DNA from: Marsupella aquatica
Lineage: Eukaryota; Plantae; Marchantiophyta
Reading direction: 5' to 3'
Assembly (NCBI GenBank): GCA_973895155.1
Contig: OZ316898.1
Span: 18,051,192 to 18,115,191 of the forward strand
DNA: 64,000 bases
Position 1 is the first letter of the stretch. Every line of letters begins with the position of its first letter. Below are positions 1 to 13,209 of the stretch, one piece after another. Made by a program: the position numbers and the translations under genes. Under the pieces are notes generated by a model. The model did not search any database and was not told the origin of the DNA. It saw only the letters and a program-made list of their open reading frames with translations.

Positions 1-2664
1 TTACATGGTCACGATAGCCTTGGGGGTTCTGATGTTTGCTGCCCGATGAAGCATTCCAACTAGCTTCCTCATCGGTGTTAAGAGTCTCAGCATCGCTCTC
101 TGTCACCAAGTAACTAGGCTCTGACAATGTAATTTCGTGATGATGCTGCCAATTTTGAACCACAGAGTCTTTTCTCACCACTTGATGAGCTTGATGCTGC
201 CATTGTTGAGCCAAAGAATCTTGCTCACAGTTCTGATATCCAGAGTTTCGGATCTTGCACTCTTCCCAGTGACTTTGGCGCCCCACATGAATGTCCCCAA
301 GGTCGACTGACACCCTTCCCCTGTTCTCAAGGTCAAGGGGCTTTGAGGCTTTGAATGCTCTGGAAAAGGTTTGATGTCTGAAGTCACTGGCTCCAAGAAG
401 CTTCCAACACGCTTGATATTGCTCATGACAAGGATGCCCCTCCTCCCAGTTAACTTCACTGCCATTATCGCCAGCCTCAAGTACCTTGGGAGTCATGGGA
501 TTGACATCTGATGACACTCCCCAACAACCAGTTCTGGATGTCTGGAACTCACTAGCAGTAGCACAGAGATCTATCGAGCTCGTTTGCAGCCCAACATTTG
601 CCTGAATGGGCACCGTGGTCGGTACAACGACAATGGAGTTATCTTGGGAGGCTCCACAAAATCTACATCGAAAGCGATGCCATGCTTCTACAGCTCTGTA
701 TGTATCCGAATTGTTGCAATTAGCTTCAAGTGCAAAACTATCTGTTGACGTGCTTTGATGCCTTACATCTACGGAACCATGGTCCTCAAAATTTGAATCA
801 CCGCCAAACTGTACACCATTGTCAACCCTTTCGCCAAGTTGTGAGGCCCTAACACCGATGCTATCCCACTTGGTTTGAAGGCCAACATCAAGTGTCCCAA
901 GGGTCGTCAAATTCGTTTGCAGCGTTGCATCTATAGCTCTACCACAATTATGCAATGCAGGTGGACAGCCAACATCGCCAGATGAATGTTTCAAGTCACT
1001 CTGGGATTCTTTATCGTCCCCTGCCCTAACTTTCAAGCTGGTATGCCCAATACTGACGGCCCCTCCGTCTCTCAGAGATGCGTGCTGCACCGCAGAAGTA
1101 CCCGAGCACTTCAGTAGAGTTCTATGTTGGCCACACCGCACGCCACCTGAGGTTTTCCGTTCGAATTGTTCCTTTCTCTCCTCTACTAGACCAACTCTCA
1201 AACCTGCTTCATAGTTGACGTCAATAGCCCCTAAATTTGCCAGAACATTTGGATGGCCGACGCCCACAGCACCGGTGCGTTTCCAATAACCATTATATGG
1301 ATTCATAACAGGGCTTGCATCGGTTTCCTTTGAAATCATCATTGAGCTATAGTCATGTGGTTTAGATGAATACAAATACAGCTGCTCATCATCAGCCTTA
1401 CAGTCGTTCAAGTTGTGAGGTTTCCTATGAGCGCCTTGGTCGTCCACTTCACCTTGGTGCCCCACATCATCAGCCTTGTAGTCGTTCAAGTTGTGATGTT
1501 TCCTATGAGCTCCTTGGTCGTCTACTTCAACTTGGTGCCCCTCATCTGATGTCCCAAAGTCTCTCCAACTATCTGAAGCCCCTAAGTCGACCAAGCTGAC
1601 TTGGTTCCCGGCGTCTATGGTAGGAGGCTTTTTCAATGTAACTTGGAGACCAGCATCTGATGCGCCAAATTCTCTCCAATCAATTTGGTGACTGACGTCC
1701 AATTGATTTACAGGGCAATTGGTTGCCTCCTTCACCCCATGGTCCTGGAACCTAGTTTGATGGGCTGCATTTGTTGAACAATACTCAGCTGGATTTGTTT
1801 GCTCAGCGTCATTAAGCCCCCAACCTTTTCCTGTTGTTTGACTTCCAATATCAATGCCTGCAAGGGCTTTGTATGAAGTTTGCAATCCAATATTAGTAGG
1901 ACTCCCGTGGCTCGATGAAATGCAACTCTCAGCTTGTACATTTCCCCAGTTGCGCGAGGTTATCTGATGCCCGTCATCAACATTCCCAGAATCTCGATGT
2001 ACAATCTGATTTCCAGCATCAATGAATTCCCAGGTTGGCGATGTGATCTGATTTCCACCAATTTCCCCACTGTTACGCATTTTGATCTGGTTTGCAGCAT
2101 CAATGTGCTCCCTGTCCAGCATTGTAACTTCGTCGTTTTGCAAGGTAGCCCAAATCGTGTCATCAATATCCCCTCCGTCTCGCGAAGATTCTTGGTTCCA
2201 AGAATAAGCACCCTCCCAGTTTTGCATTGGTAACTGATTTCCAACATTACCATCCCTCCAGTCTCTCGAAGCAACCTGATTTCCGCAATAGACAGCTCCA
2301 CCATCTCCCAAGTCAGTTTGCTGTCCAAGATAAACAGAACCACAACCCTGCTGGGTGCTTTGGAAACAGACGTCCTCGACCAAACAGTCTCTCAGAGTAC
2401 TTTCCTCAGAGAGAGTGACAATTCCCAATTCTCTTAAGGCGACTTGAAGTCCTACATCCATGCCCCCAAAGTCCTTGGCAAAGGCTTGATGCCCAGAATC
2501 ACAAGCACAGACGTTCAAGATTAAGGTTTGATGCCCAAAGTCAACTCTCCCAGAGTCCTGGAGTGCAGTTGGATTACCCATGTCCATTGCTCCTCCGTCC
2601 TTTAGTGCTATCTGGAAGCCTGCATCGCAATTCTCATTTCTTGAGGTGGTTTGCTGTCCATTAT
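1..2664 (-). repeat. Coding degenerate 42-nt/14-aa tandem repeat in the kinesin tail exon
   Basis: Translation gives in-register units [14 protein letters not shown] / [14 protein letters not shown] / [14 protein letters not shown] / [14 protein letters not shown] / [14 protein letters not shown] ... [14 protein letters not shown] / [14 protein letters not shown] ... [14 protein letters not shown] / [14 protein letters not shown]. No stop codon over about 888 codons. Confidence 0.85.
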
Positions 2665-5600
2665 CTGCAGTGCAAGCGGCAGGGTAAGTGAAATGATGGC
2701 CTTAGCATCAAGTATGGATCTCATGGGCTACTCCCGACACCAATGTGAAAAGTCTACAAGAAAAGTGGGAACTAGCTAGCCATACCTTTGACATGGTTTT
2801 CCGTTTGACTTCCTCTGTCGACATGCTGAGGGAGCTTTTTCACACGACTACCATCACGGTCGAAACGATTGCGCTCAACCTGTTAAATGATGCAGGATGA
2901 GTGTATAGATTATCTTCATGAAGAGCAAGGTCCAGCGTCTCACAAAAATGCTGAGCTATGAGATCAAGTGCTAATCATTAAGTATACGATAGAGGTCCTT
3001 TTCCAGTTTTCTCTGGAGATAGATCACCCAAACAAACGCGAAAGATGATGGTTCTTTGAATTCGTGCCGCCCCTTATAGGGATCCTTTGGCCTCAAGTCT
3101 CTCCTATTGTTTTCTTGAGTACGGCATTCACGTTGCAAAACGGCGAGAAATTGAGGAGAAGGGTAAAGAAAGGACCTGAAGACCAACATCTAAGCATGGA
3201 ACTTTGAACCCTTGCAGTGAAGGACGCTGGTCAGAGGGAGCATTCTCTTTCACAGACGTGAAGGATGACAACAAAGTACGCAGAGTGCAGATTTCTTCCT
3301 TCAACGTTTTTATCAATTTGTTCCTTGGATCCTGATCCAGAGCTACTGGAGGCGGTATTCTGCTTGCTGTGGTGGCATATCGCAGTGTATTTATACTTTC
3401 TCGAAGGTCCTGAATTTGAACTCCGTGGACCAAAAAATTAGATATTCCAGCCAGAATATTTCTAGTGTAAAGTCTAATGTTCTATCTATGGAATCTGTAA
3501 CTTCGAATGTCAAGAAGAAGATCGATAGGCGATTCATTTCTATCGGACTGAATGAAGTGGAGACAAGGCACAGACGATTCCTGAGGGAAGGTAATTCATT
3601 CCGCTGCCCGACCCGTTTGAGTTCAATTCTCTCGTGCCGTTAGAATAAGATTTCAGGAATCATATATTAAGAAGATATATATCATCAATTAGCTACAGTG
3701 CCTTATTGTAGTGTATTATCCAATGTACCCATGTGATTTTAAGAACAGAACAGGGAAAAATCCATACACAAGAGTTTGATAGTAATTAGATAATTGGCTC
3801 CCCAGACGAAGCTTCTTTGCCTTCCACCTAAGCTGCCAAGAAGAACCCGAAGCCAATCCCAGGGAATATCTAGGGTGGATCAGAGATGATCCAAGCTTTG
3901 AAACAGACCTTGATCCTCTACAGGTCTTAATTTTAATCATCAAGATCACGAAAGTACCTTCTCAGTAGGTGAGATGTTGGCCACCATGAAGGTCCGACTA
4001 TTGCCTCCAAGTGACTCTTTCAAGAGCCAAGTCAGTACGGAGTTCCGATATGAAACAAAGCTGCTTTTCGACAGACTCAGAATCACCTGTTGCATAATCC
4101 ATAGGCGAAGGTGTTTTCGTAAACAAGAAGCATCAAAAATCACCTTACACAACGAATATGCATGATTGATTCATATTTGGCACAACTTGCTTAGGAAGAG
4201 AGGCAAAACACCAATTGAAAGATGGGTGAGAGAAGTCGTCGGTCACGTCCTTTCACATTCTCATCCTGCTTTGGTTGTGGTCAAATTGACTGACAAGGGG
4301 ACACGAACATGCGATGCGCCAAACAACTTTGCCATGTACCTCATTCAATTGTGAAAGGGACCGGTTGATGCATCTTGATTCTTCCTGAGTTCGTTGACCT
4401 GTGACAGCTCCCGAGCAAAGCTTAGGTAGCTTCTCACTCCCTGCCAGTTTCAACAACATACGAGGCCATGCAGAGGTGGTTAGCTCGCTTCAATTCGTCA
4501 CCACTAGAATATAAACAGCCTCTTGACCTGGAAAACAAGTCCTTTACAGCACTGTGATCATGCTTACCGGCAAGATCCACCAGGTTGATGTAGCTCACAG
4601 AGCTTGGATGGACCCCAAAGAGATCAGGTCCAAGTTTCTACACATTACATTGAGCTCTTAGATGAATGAAAACATCTTTCCACAGGACTCACGTCATGTC
4701 CTTGAAATACGGTCCTTAGTTCCCTACCTAAATCCATTTTGATCTTGGTGCTCTGCAAATTAGATGCATAGTTGATGCTCATGACGAACCGTATGCCATC
4801 AAGTGTTTCAACAAAGCCCCCCTAAAGTAGAATTGCTCACTTTTGTCAACCTGATAGAGAATACTGCATGGCTACGGCTTGACTGCTCGTTCATATCTGT
4901 TGCTGCAGTGGTCCGACTTGTAGAACCCTGTTTCATCAGAGTCTCCATATCATACCAGGTGCACACATCTTTCCACAATAGGCCTTCCACAAAGGGTCCT
5001 GTGATTGGATGTTCTCGTATTTTGAGGAAGTTTTGTTTTCTTACAGGGGAAGCTTCCTCTAAAACTGTTGGAAAAGTTCGATAATGTTTGTGAATTTTCT
5101 GTTTATTGAATACAGTATCAAAGGCAGGCTTGGTCTTCGGACTTCTAACTTTGTTCGCGGCTCCATCGTGAGCTGAGCTGTACTGTGATTTCTCGCGAGG
5201 AGACTTCTCTCCATCAGATTTAACTCTGTGGTGCCTTTGAGATGCGTCCAACTGCCGCTGGAGGGCTGCTTTGTTCAGGAATGAACTAGTGTACGAGTTC
5301 TCAGTCAGACTTCCTGCATAGGAGTGCATCACCCTCTCATCTAGTTTGTTGCCAGAACCACCATGATACCTCATTTCTGTGTTGCTACCACGAGGACGGA
5401 CCTTCTCGTTGCTGGTCATTCCACTTGAGTCCAAGAAACTTTGAGGGAGGGATGTTGCCTTGGACTCTTCCTCCACTTCATCCTCAGCTAAAAGATCTCG
5501 AATCTTCTCTTGGTATATCTCCAGATAGCTGACCTAAAACAATATATGCCAGTTTCTGTGCAATTTTTTAGACTGCAGTGTGAATAACCTCGAAAATCAC

Positions 5601-7910
5601 AAAGCCATTTCAAGACTCAGGTGCGTAGGAGTCAATTCACGCAATACTTGTCATCTGCTTCCCATCCACGAAAGACCTTAAGCAACTGCTTTTGTTATTC
5701 ATTTTCGTATGATATTCTTATCAAAAGTACACAACTTCAATAATCCATATATATGAAATAGTATCTGTCCAATCTCTAAGGAGATACTGCTGACTTGTTT
5801 TTCAAAGAGGATTTCTCTGATTCACCAGCCAGGTCTCGTGAACATGTGATGATCGACAAAGGTAAAGATTAGTGGTTGCAGTAGTACCTGAACAGTGTAG
5901 AGAACACCATTGGTGATCTCTTCATTGATCTTTGTCATGAGGTCACTGGCTAATCGAGGGATCTGCACAATTGCGTCTGTTGGCATTTCAGATCCGAAGG
6001 ATTTTCCTTGACACGAAGTAAGTTTCCTCTGATTGTTTGTGTCTCGAATTTAGTCTTAGATATGGAGTGAGCAAAACGATGAATATTTCCTAAAATATTC
6101 ATCTCAATATTCCTAAAAAAATTCAATTTTTTCGGACAGTTTGGGATTAAATCTTAAAGCTTCCCCGTAGTTCGGACAAGTCCATTTCATGTTAGTTTTT
6201 GCTACATCAGCAACGACCCCTTCGGCAGAAAACAATTGAGATATATTTAAGGTGATCAGAATTGGAGAAAGATTGGGTATTTCTTCTTAGCTATGCGAAA
6301 GTGATTTTGAACTTACAAGACCTCTGCCAGATTTTGTGTTGTCACCCATCATGGTGTAAGTTTTACCCGATCCAGTTTGTCCATACGCAAGAATCTGTAG
6401 AGACGAAATATGGCTGGTGAGATTCGGTTTAGTTTACCTTTGCGTCATCGGTTTACAACACGTTTTTTTAATTGAGAACAAATCCATTTTCAGTAAAAGT
6501 GAAAAAATTACAGTCCATTCAATGAAGGCTATTTCGCAGTTCACGTGTTACCCAATCGCCGATCAGGAAGTCATACACTCTAGAGAAGATACAGAGATCT
6601 CACTTAAAGGCAGGAAGGTATTCTAAGGGTAATCACAAAAGACATTCAGTGGAAGAAATGAATCTGAAACAAAAATTCCCCGGTAAATGCAAGTCCTCAC
6701 TCCGGGCGAAGTCAAACAAGCAAATGCCTAATTTTTTAAGGAAGTAGGTGTCCGAAAAGCAGGCATGAAAAATACTGTAGTATTGTAGCCATCCAAAGCA
6801 CTTTCTATACAAGGAACGCCAAGAGCGCCATACATCCGTTTCTGAGATTCTTCTTTGTGGGTATCGCTGTGGACTTGCAAGTAGCTATCATCCTGCATGT
6901 AGTCCACCTTAAACTCAATAGCCTCAGCCTTATGAGGATGCTCATTTGACATCCCCGTCAACTTTTGGTCGAGGTCCCGCACAACAATTGTTTCGCCGAT
7001 CAAGCATAGTACCTGCAGTGAATGGCATTCCTTAAACGAAGATACTATATTCTAATGGTGGTAACAATGGTGGTATCCGACATGATCGGAAAGCAAGTTG
7101 CAAAATAATGATGTTTATCACCTGCTCTGCTCTGTTTTGTTCTGTTTAATTTGTGAGTAAAATTTAACCGCACTTTGGTAGGATCATGAACGAAACATGC
7201 ACACTTCGTACTGTGTAGTAGAATAATCAGGCACTACCAGCCAGCAACCGCATAGTACTAGAACAAAACTACCTTCGTGGGTGTCAAGTGTTGTGATCAA
7301 CGGCACGTTTTTAGCTTAAATCCGAGACATTTCAGAGACAGAAATTTTAGCTGTGTTTGACGTCCGAGGATACCTGTTTCAGTGGGCACACTTTTTCGGA
7401 CTCGCTGAACGGTCTCATTCTCACGTAAACCGTCACCTGAACACTCAAAAAACCCTCCTGAGAATAGAAGCTCCAACAGTGCAAATATTTCACAGCGTCC
7501 AAGAACTAAACATCCTACTGTAGATTTCGCACGGGGTAGCTGGCCTAGAAGGTTTCGTAGACATACCCTCGACTTCCTGATTAGTCAGATCATCGTGGAT
7601 CCTGATAGACTCGGAACAAACAATAAAATGTTTCAGCGAAACGGTCTCATAAGAAACCATTTTGACTCACTTTATCCTGCTTAGAAGTGCAGGCATTGGC
7701 AGTGGAAGCGTTTCTTCCTGTAGGAGATCTAGAGAACTGCGGGCTGCGCACAGAATCAAATGTCCTCCCTACACAATCAATCGTCTCCGGAGGTCTATCG
7801 AGATGGACCATTAGCTCTGGGTAGAACTCGTCCATACTCCTCGAGCTCAGAGTTAGAGACTCTGTTACTTCTCCAATTGGAGACCATCGAAACGCGCTGT
7901 TTGTGGCCAT
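1..7910 (-). CDS. Kinesin motor protein, kinesin-3-like, with a long repetitive C-terminal tail; 3' end runs off the window
   Basis: Phase-consistent GT-AG exons assembled by hand: 7910-7671, 7436-7374 ([10 protein letters not shown]), 7012-6776 (ALDGYNTT), 6394-6317 (P-loop [13 protein letters not shown]), 5962-5888 (IPR), 5533-4841 ([14 protein letters not shown]...[15 protein letters not shown]...switch [13 protein letters not shown]), 4752-4693, 4637-4568 plus 4440-4340 (switch [11 protein letters not shown]...INRSLS), 4086-3958 ([28 protein letters not shown]), 3409-3176 (ESINTLRYA...[14 protein letters not shown]), 2879-2786, 2664-<1 (open to the window edge). The start ATG at 7910 is the least certain part. 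Confidence 0.9.
1387..1542. repeat. 78-bp (26-aa) in-frame tandem duplication inside the kinesin tail exon
   Basis: catcatcagcctt...cttggtgcccc starts at 1387 and at 1465, with few mismatches. Confidence 0.9.
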
Positions 7911-9704
7911 ACTCAGTAAAGCACCTGTAACATCAAAGCAAGAGATCAAATTCGTAGCGAAGAGGTGACGACAAAAAACCCACAGAACATCCATATTCAT
8001 TAGCGAACTGGTTGTCCACATCAACATCCTAGACAGCGTACTGCCAGTGGTTGATTTTCCAAAAAACTTGTGTCTTCGAATCGAACTAAGACTAGGAATT
8101 ATATGTCCACGACAGCTTCAACTGGTTCAGTCGACGAAATCTCGATATAACCGGTACACGGTACCCACGGCCTGGCAAGCTTGGATACGGTTGCACGACA
8201 GCAGTCTACTCAGAGTTCAAATGGCTCTGTTAGACGTTCCCCCTGGATGCAGATCTATGAATTCATTTCGACATCAGTTTTTTGGACACCACAATTGTAT
8301 CATGCTTCACGGTGTCGTCGCATTATTCGTTTGTACTGGCTTGCATGCTCGGGTGGTCCCCGCCAGCAACGATACTCCAAACATCTGGCTTATCCAGTCA
8401 CAAATGATGGCAAGCCTATAAATTTGTCAAAGTCAATAAATATCGTACCTCGCGAAATGGGCATTTTCGGAATCGATGGGTGTTCCAGCTTCGCTCAATA
8501 AGCTGGAGGAGGCACATTCACTTGGGATAAGCCCCTGGATTGCCGAGCACGTAGTCGAGCATCGAGTGGAAAATACTCTTTCCTCAATCCGAATAGCATT
8601 GAGCTCTCTTCAGTCCTGCGTTTCATTCTTCCGAAATTATATCGGAAGACACAACACTGTTGAGATGAAGTAGCGATGGCGCATCATGGAGGTGGCATCA
8701 CGTCAAATTGTGTCATGAACGAGCTTTGAGAACTCTGGGTCTTCGCTTTCTCTGACCAGTGCTCTTCCATATATCCATTTTCAAATACTGCGTTGGAGTT
8801 TTTAGATCCAATAATAACAGCCTCTGAAGTTATAACGATATTACTTCTTGCGTATAGAAGCAGAGGTTGTCGTAGAACCAACCATTCAGCTCTTTCAAGA
8901 AGCCGAGGAAAGGCAACGAAATCCTTCACCGACAGATTGGCATCGATAGATAGGAAGACTGACCGACGTCCAACCAGGCAGACCACGCCATTTTCGGATT
9001 CCAGAGGCTTCAAGAGCGAAATCCTTCATCTCTCAGACCTTTCGAGTTGATCGAACGCCCGCATTCCAAACACTCCTCTCTATCCTCAAAGGAATGAAAT
9101 CTTCACCTCACAGACAACGTTGTGGGCCGAGAGGCGGATAGACATCCCGCCAACGAGACCGCGCCTTTGTTGTTTCTCAATAAATGTGGACCGACGTCAG
9201 GGACGTGATCGATCGGACCAGACAGATCTCTTCATCAGAACACAATTCACCAGAACGTACGAATGATCTAGCCATCTAGCGAAAGAATTGGCAATCGAGC
9301 GCGTGACATTGGAGAGGATTGGTTGACGATGCGGGAACCAGCATGATTGAAATGTGACGACACGAAACACATGCAAGAGTGAAAGATCAGTCCCCTTCGA
9401 TCACGAATTGCGTGCCGAGATTTCCGAGAAGCGCACGAGCGGGCGGATGGCAGAGAGATCATCATGCTCGCGATGCTGTCGGTCTTTCGTTCTTCATTCC
9501 CTTTAGAATCCTGGATTTCGAGGAAGTCGCGGGTCGCAGCGGCCCGAGCAATCTCGATGGATCGACTCCACCATCGCTGATGATCTCTGATTCATTAGCG
9601 CCCCGCAAGGTTTCAGATTGATACTTTGCTTTACAGTGTCACCCTGTAAGGGAAGACACAATGGACGTTTCTTTTCAAGCCATAATTACCAATGCTTTTA
9701 AAGT

Positions 9705-10015
9705 ATATTAGCCCCGACTACCCGTCTTTGAACCTAAATAGGGGATTACAAAAAATGTCACCAAAAAATAATTTTTATTAGTATTTTTTAAAATATTAAT
9801 GAAATGATAAAAAAAATCATGTGTATAATTATTTTAATAATCATATATAATATACCAGAATCTTATTTAAGCATATCTTATTTTTAATGTAAACAAAAAT
9901 CATAACAAAAAACATACATGCTTATCATTTGAACATATATCATGTTATGAGTTTTCACATACACATGATGATTAATGGAGTTATCATCTAGAGATTTCAC
10001 TCTAAAAGTCTAGGC
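9705..10015 (+). repeat. AT-rich dispersed repeat (related copies ~41430-41670 inverted, ~47545-47730 direct, and a short inverted piece ~42575-42605)
   Basis: Shared blocks aaaaatgtca(c/a)caaaa...atgaaatgataaaaa...atcatatata and ctagagatttcactcta; tattagccccgactaccc matches the reverse complement of gggtagttggggctagta. Confidence 0.6.
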
Positions 10016-10180
10016 CCCAACACTAGCTTGTAGTTAGCACTTTATAAATAAGATTAAAAACCTTGGCATATTTGTAAGTCTAGGTCCCAACACTAGCTTG
10101 TAGGTTAGCGCTTTATAAATAAGATTAAGAACCTTGGCATATTTGTAAGTACAAAAGACATATTTGTAAATACAAAAAAC
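10007..10180. repeat. ~70-bp tandem duplication followed by short catatttgtaa repeats
   Basis: aagtctagg(c/t)cccaacactagcttgtag...ccttggcatatttgt occurs twice. Confidence 0.85.
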
Positions 10181-13100
10181 ATTTGGCACTATTGTCAATT
10201 AGAACATACCAAAACACATAATCTCACTAAGTGCATATAAAAATGTGACACCAAAGGAGAGAATCTCATTATTTGCACATCAAAACTTGACAATGAACTC
10301 TGTCATTCCATATCATGATAAATCCAATTATTCTCTTAAACTCAATGTTATCCTAAATACATATCTGGCTGTCAGTTTTTGATGAGCTAATTACCTAGAC
10401 ACCAAAATGACATAATAAGGGCAGCATCACAAAAGACCCAAACATTTGCCCAAATTATTAGATAGTCTCAAGTTTGTAACCAGGATAGACCTCCACTTTT
10501 GCCAAAATGATGTAATAGACTTAATTTTCCAACTAGAATGGACCTCCACATTTGCCAAAAGGATAGGTAAACTTGGGTTTGCAATAGAATGCACTTTTTG
10601 CTCACATGTTACACAGAGTCTGAGTGAAATGTGACAAGCAAACTTGAGAGTCATCTTTGGAAATTTGTAAGTTTCTCAATTCTCAATGAACTTTGATCAT
10701 ATTCGGCTCATTGGAAAGATATTTCCAAGCGGGTTCTAAGGATTGGAACCCAGAACAATTACAGTAAATTCCATTGGATGTCAGGTACCTAATTAATGCA
10801 TGTCAAAGTTAGCTGATCGAAACCAAAGTAAGCACTCCATTCATTTGGATATGAGGGAGATGATGTCCAAGCTAGACGCTAGAAATTTTTTGTAAGTACA
10901 AGTGCGGACAGTAAGTGACTGGTAATCTTTAGAACTCATATAACTCTCTCAATTCTTCATGAAAACTACAGACTTGGGATTTCCCAATTATTTTGTTCTC
11001 ACTAGCCCAAGAAGTGCCAATTTTCCTGGATATCAAAGGAGGTATTGAAGGTTGAACTTTGCTGAGTGTTGAAAATGTTTTGGAACTGGAAGGGTGTCTA
11101 GAAAAAGTGATATTAGACTTGCAGGAAGGATCATGTTGGAAATTTCTATTTGTAATTCTAATGGACCAAATTTCATCATTTCAAGGCTAAAAGTTCCAAA
11201 ATCTAATATAGAAACACCTCTCAATATAATATACCCTTTAAAAGTTTTCAAAATTAAGTAAATAACAACTGAAGCCTGGCGCACCTACAAGTTTGCACAA
11301 ATGCTCAGATTCATCCTTCCAACATGGATGGATTACAACTGTAAAGGCCTCATTGAACTGCTCATATAGTATACCTTACATGGATGAGTGAAACTTGGCA
11401 AGAAAACAAGATATTAAGGATCCTTGGAATATTGTAGGTCTGTCAATTCTCAACGCAGTTTGACTGTTTATTAGGCTGATTGGAAAGCCAAGCCCTTTCT
11501 AAGAAACCCAGAAAAAGCATATTCAACTTGGACTGATCCCGGGACTGATATCAAAGTTAATAGTTGCTCAAACCTCGTTGGAAGCAAAAACGTGTGGTAA
11601 GTGAGTACCTAATGGAGTAATCTTTTGAATATTCAGAAGTTATTTCTCAGTTCCTTATGAAACCTAGAAATATTAAACAGGTTAGAAAGATCCTTCCAAT
11701 TGCTTCTAATAAACCCAAGGAGTACAGATATGAACAATATAGCACAGACTGGTGACATCTCAAATGATCAATTGTTCGATTTTAGCCAGGTTGAGAATTA
11801 TAGTGGTCCTACAGATTTTTGATTGTATCTTACTGATCCCTACACTACAATCCCAGATGCAGACACCTGAGAGAAAGGGCTTAGATTGTGAGGCCAATCT
11901 AGTAGGTAAGAGTTTGTTTGAAAATTGAGGCTCCCATTTTTGTTTGCCGTACTAGTTTAGTGATTTGTAGTGGCCTTTTGTAACTTGTAGTTCTATAGTT
12001 CTTCTGCAAGGAGACATTTTGGAATGCAAGCCAGATTGATTGAAGGATTTGCGCATTTTTGTTCTCCCTTTATGTGCTCAATGGTTGACAATTTGGAGTT
12101 GAGGCTGATAGTCTGGGTTTTAAACCCCACAAGTGGCGATCAAGTCACTTGTTAGGAAAGGAATTGAAGATTGGAGGTTAAACATCAGCATTGACCCCCA
12201 CTTTCAAGAGGTATGTACACTTGATTTAGTTAGGCCAGTACAAAGTTTGCTTGTGTCGTCCACAAATGTCTTAATGACAAAGTGTGAGTCAATGACGGCT
12301 CTTTAAGTTAGTGTGTGCAAGTTATACAATCATACGGTATCCACCATTCATCTCACAACTCAAACTCAAAACTCAGTCCAAGATTGTTCCTCCGTTTCTT
12401 CGACGCAATGTGACCGAATGGCAGTACCCTGTTCACAATCATCTCTTGTTGGTATTTCTGTCATCGAAAGAGTGAGGATCAGGTATGAGCCGTTACTTAC
12501 TTACTTACTTATGTTATTTTAGAGGCAGTTATTTAACTAATTACATAGTAAAAAATTAAAAACACTCGAAAGGTAGCTAATACGATTACAGTGAAAAAAT
12601 GACATCTCTTCCTTTGTATTCTGGTTCTTTTATGCTTAATACTTATGGCATGGCGGCCCAAAATTTACATGAATATGAATACAAACATGACAAGGCCTTT
12701 TTGTTTTCCAAAAAACCTGCTCTGTCCTGTTTGTCACCATCCTCGCTGATGTGGCGCATCCTCATGCTAGGGAATTTTGCAACGGATCCCTAATGGGGGT
12801 CCGTAAACACGGATTCAAGCCTCGATTCAAGCTCGACAACTGAGGAAGGCAACCATTCTTGCTTGTTGCCATGTCCAGTCACTATGATACAGACAATGAT
12901 GTGCGAGTCACTAGTATCACCTCACATGCAAGGTTGAATTTGTGCGCTGTCTGGGGAATTGTTAATTTTTAATCAATTATCTTCCCCGCTAACCTAATGA
13001 CTACTATGGTATTCAGACATTTTCTTTATGCCCTTTGTACTTGTACCATTTCACACTGACTACCCACTACCCTTCACACTTGTATTGTGTTGCAACGTTT

Positions 13101-13209
13101 CAATCCACAAATCCAACATGAGACTCTATTTACCCTATATAAGATTAACATGAAAATATTAATTTACCAAGCGAACTAAACTAGAATACTTATAGTCACC
13201 ATGAGAAGT

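Noticed and set aside
175-2418. Short track ORFs (175-480, 1366-1599, 1732-1941, 1934-2233, 1960-2343, 2227-2418)
   Set aside because: Alternative-frame or antisense shadows of the large kinesin exon.
7567-7601. Possible extra kinesin exon (AG|GATCC...GAGG|GTATGT)
   Set aside because: It introduces an in-frame TGA; exons 7910-7671 and 7436-7374 join in phase without it.
8047-9621. ORFs upstream of the kinesin (e.g. 8684-9013, 8047-8421)
   Set aside because: No recognisable domains and in-frame stops block joining to the kinesin; likely 5' UTR or promoter.
10420-12200. Degenerate internal repeats (ttctcaatt...ggaaag...ttctaa...aaccca) suggesting an old LTR-element fragment
   Set aside because: No termini, TSD or coding motif could be fixed.
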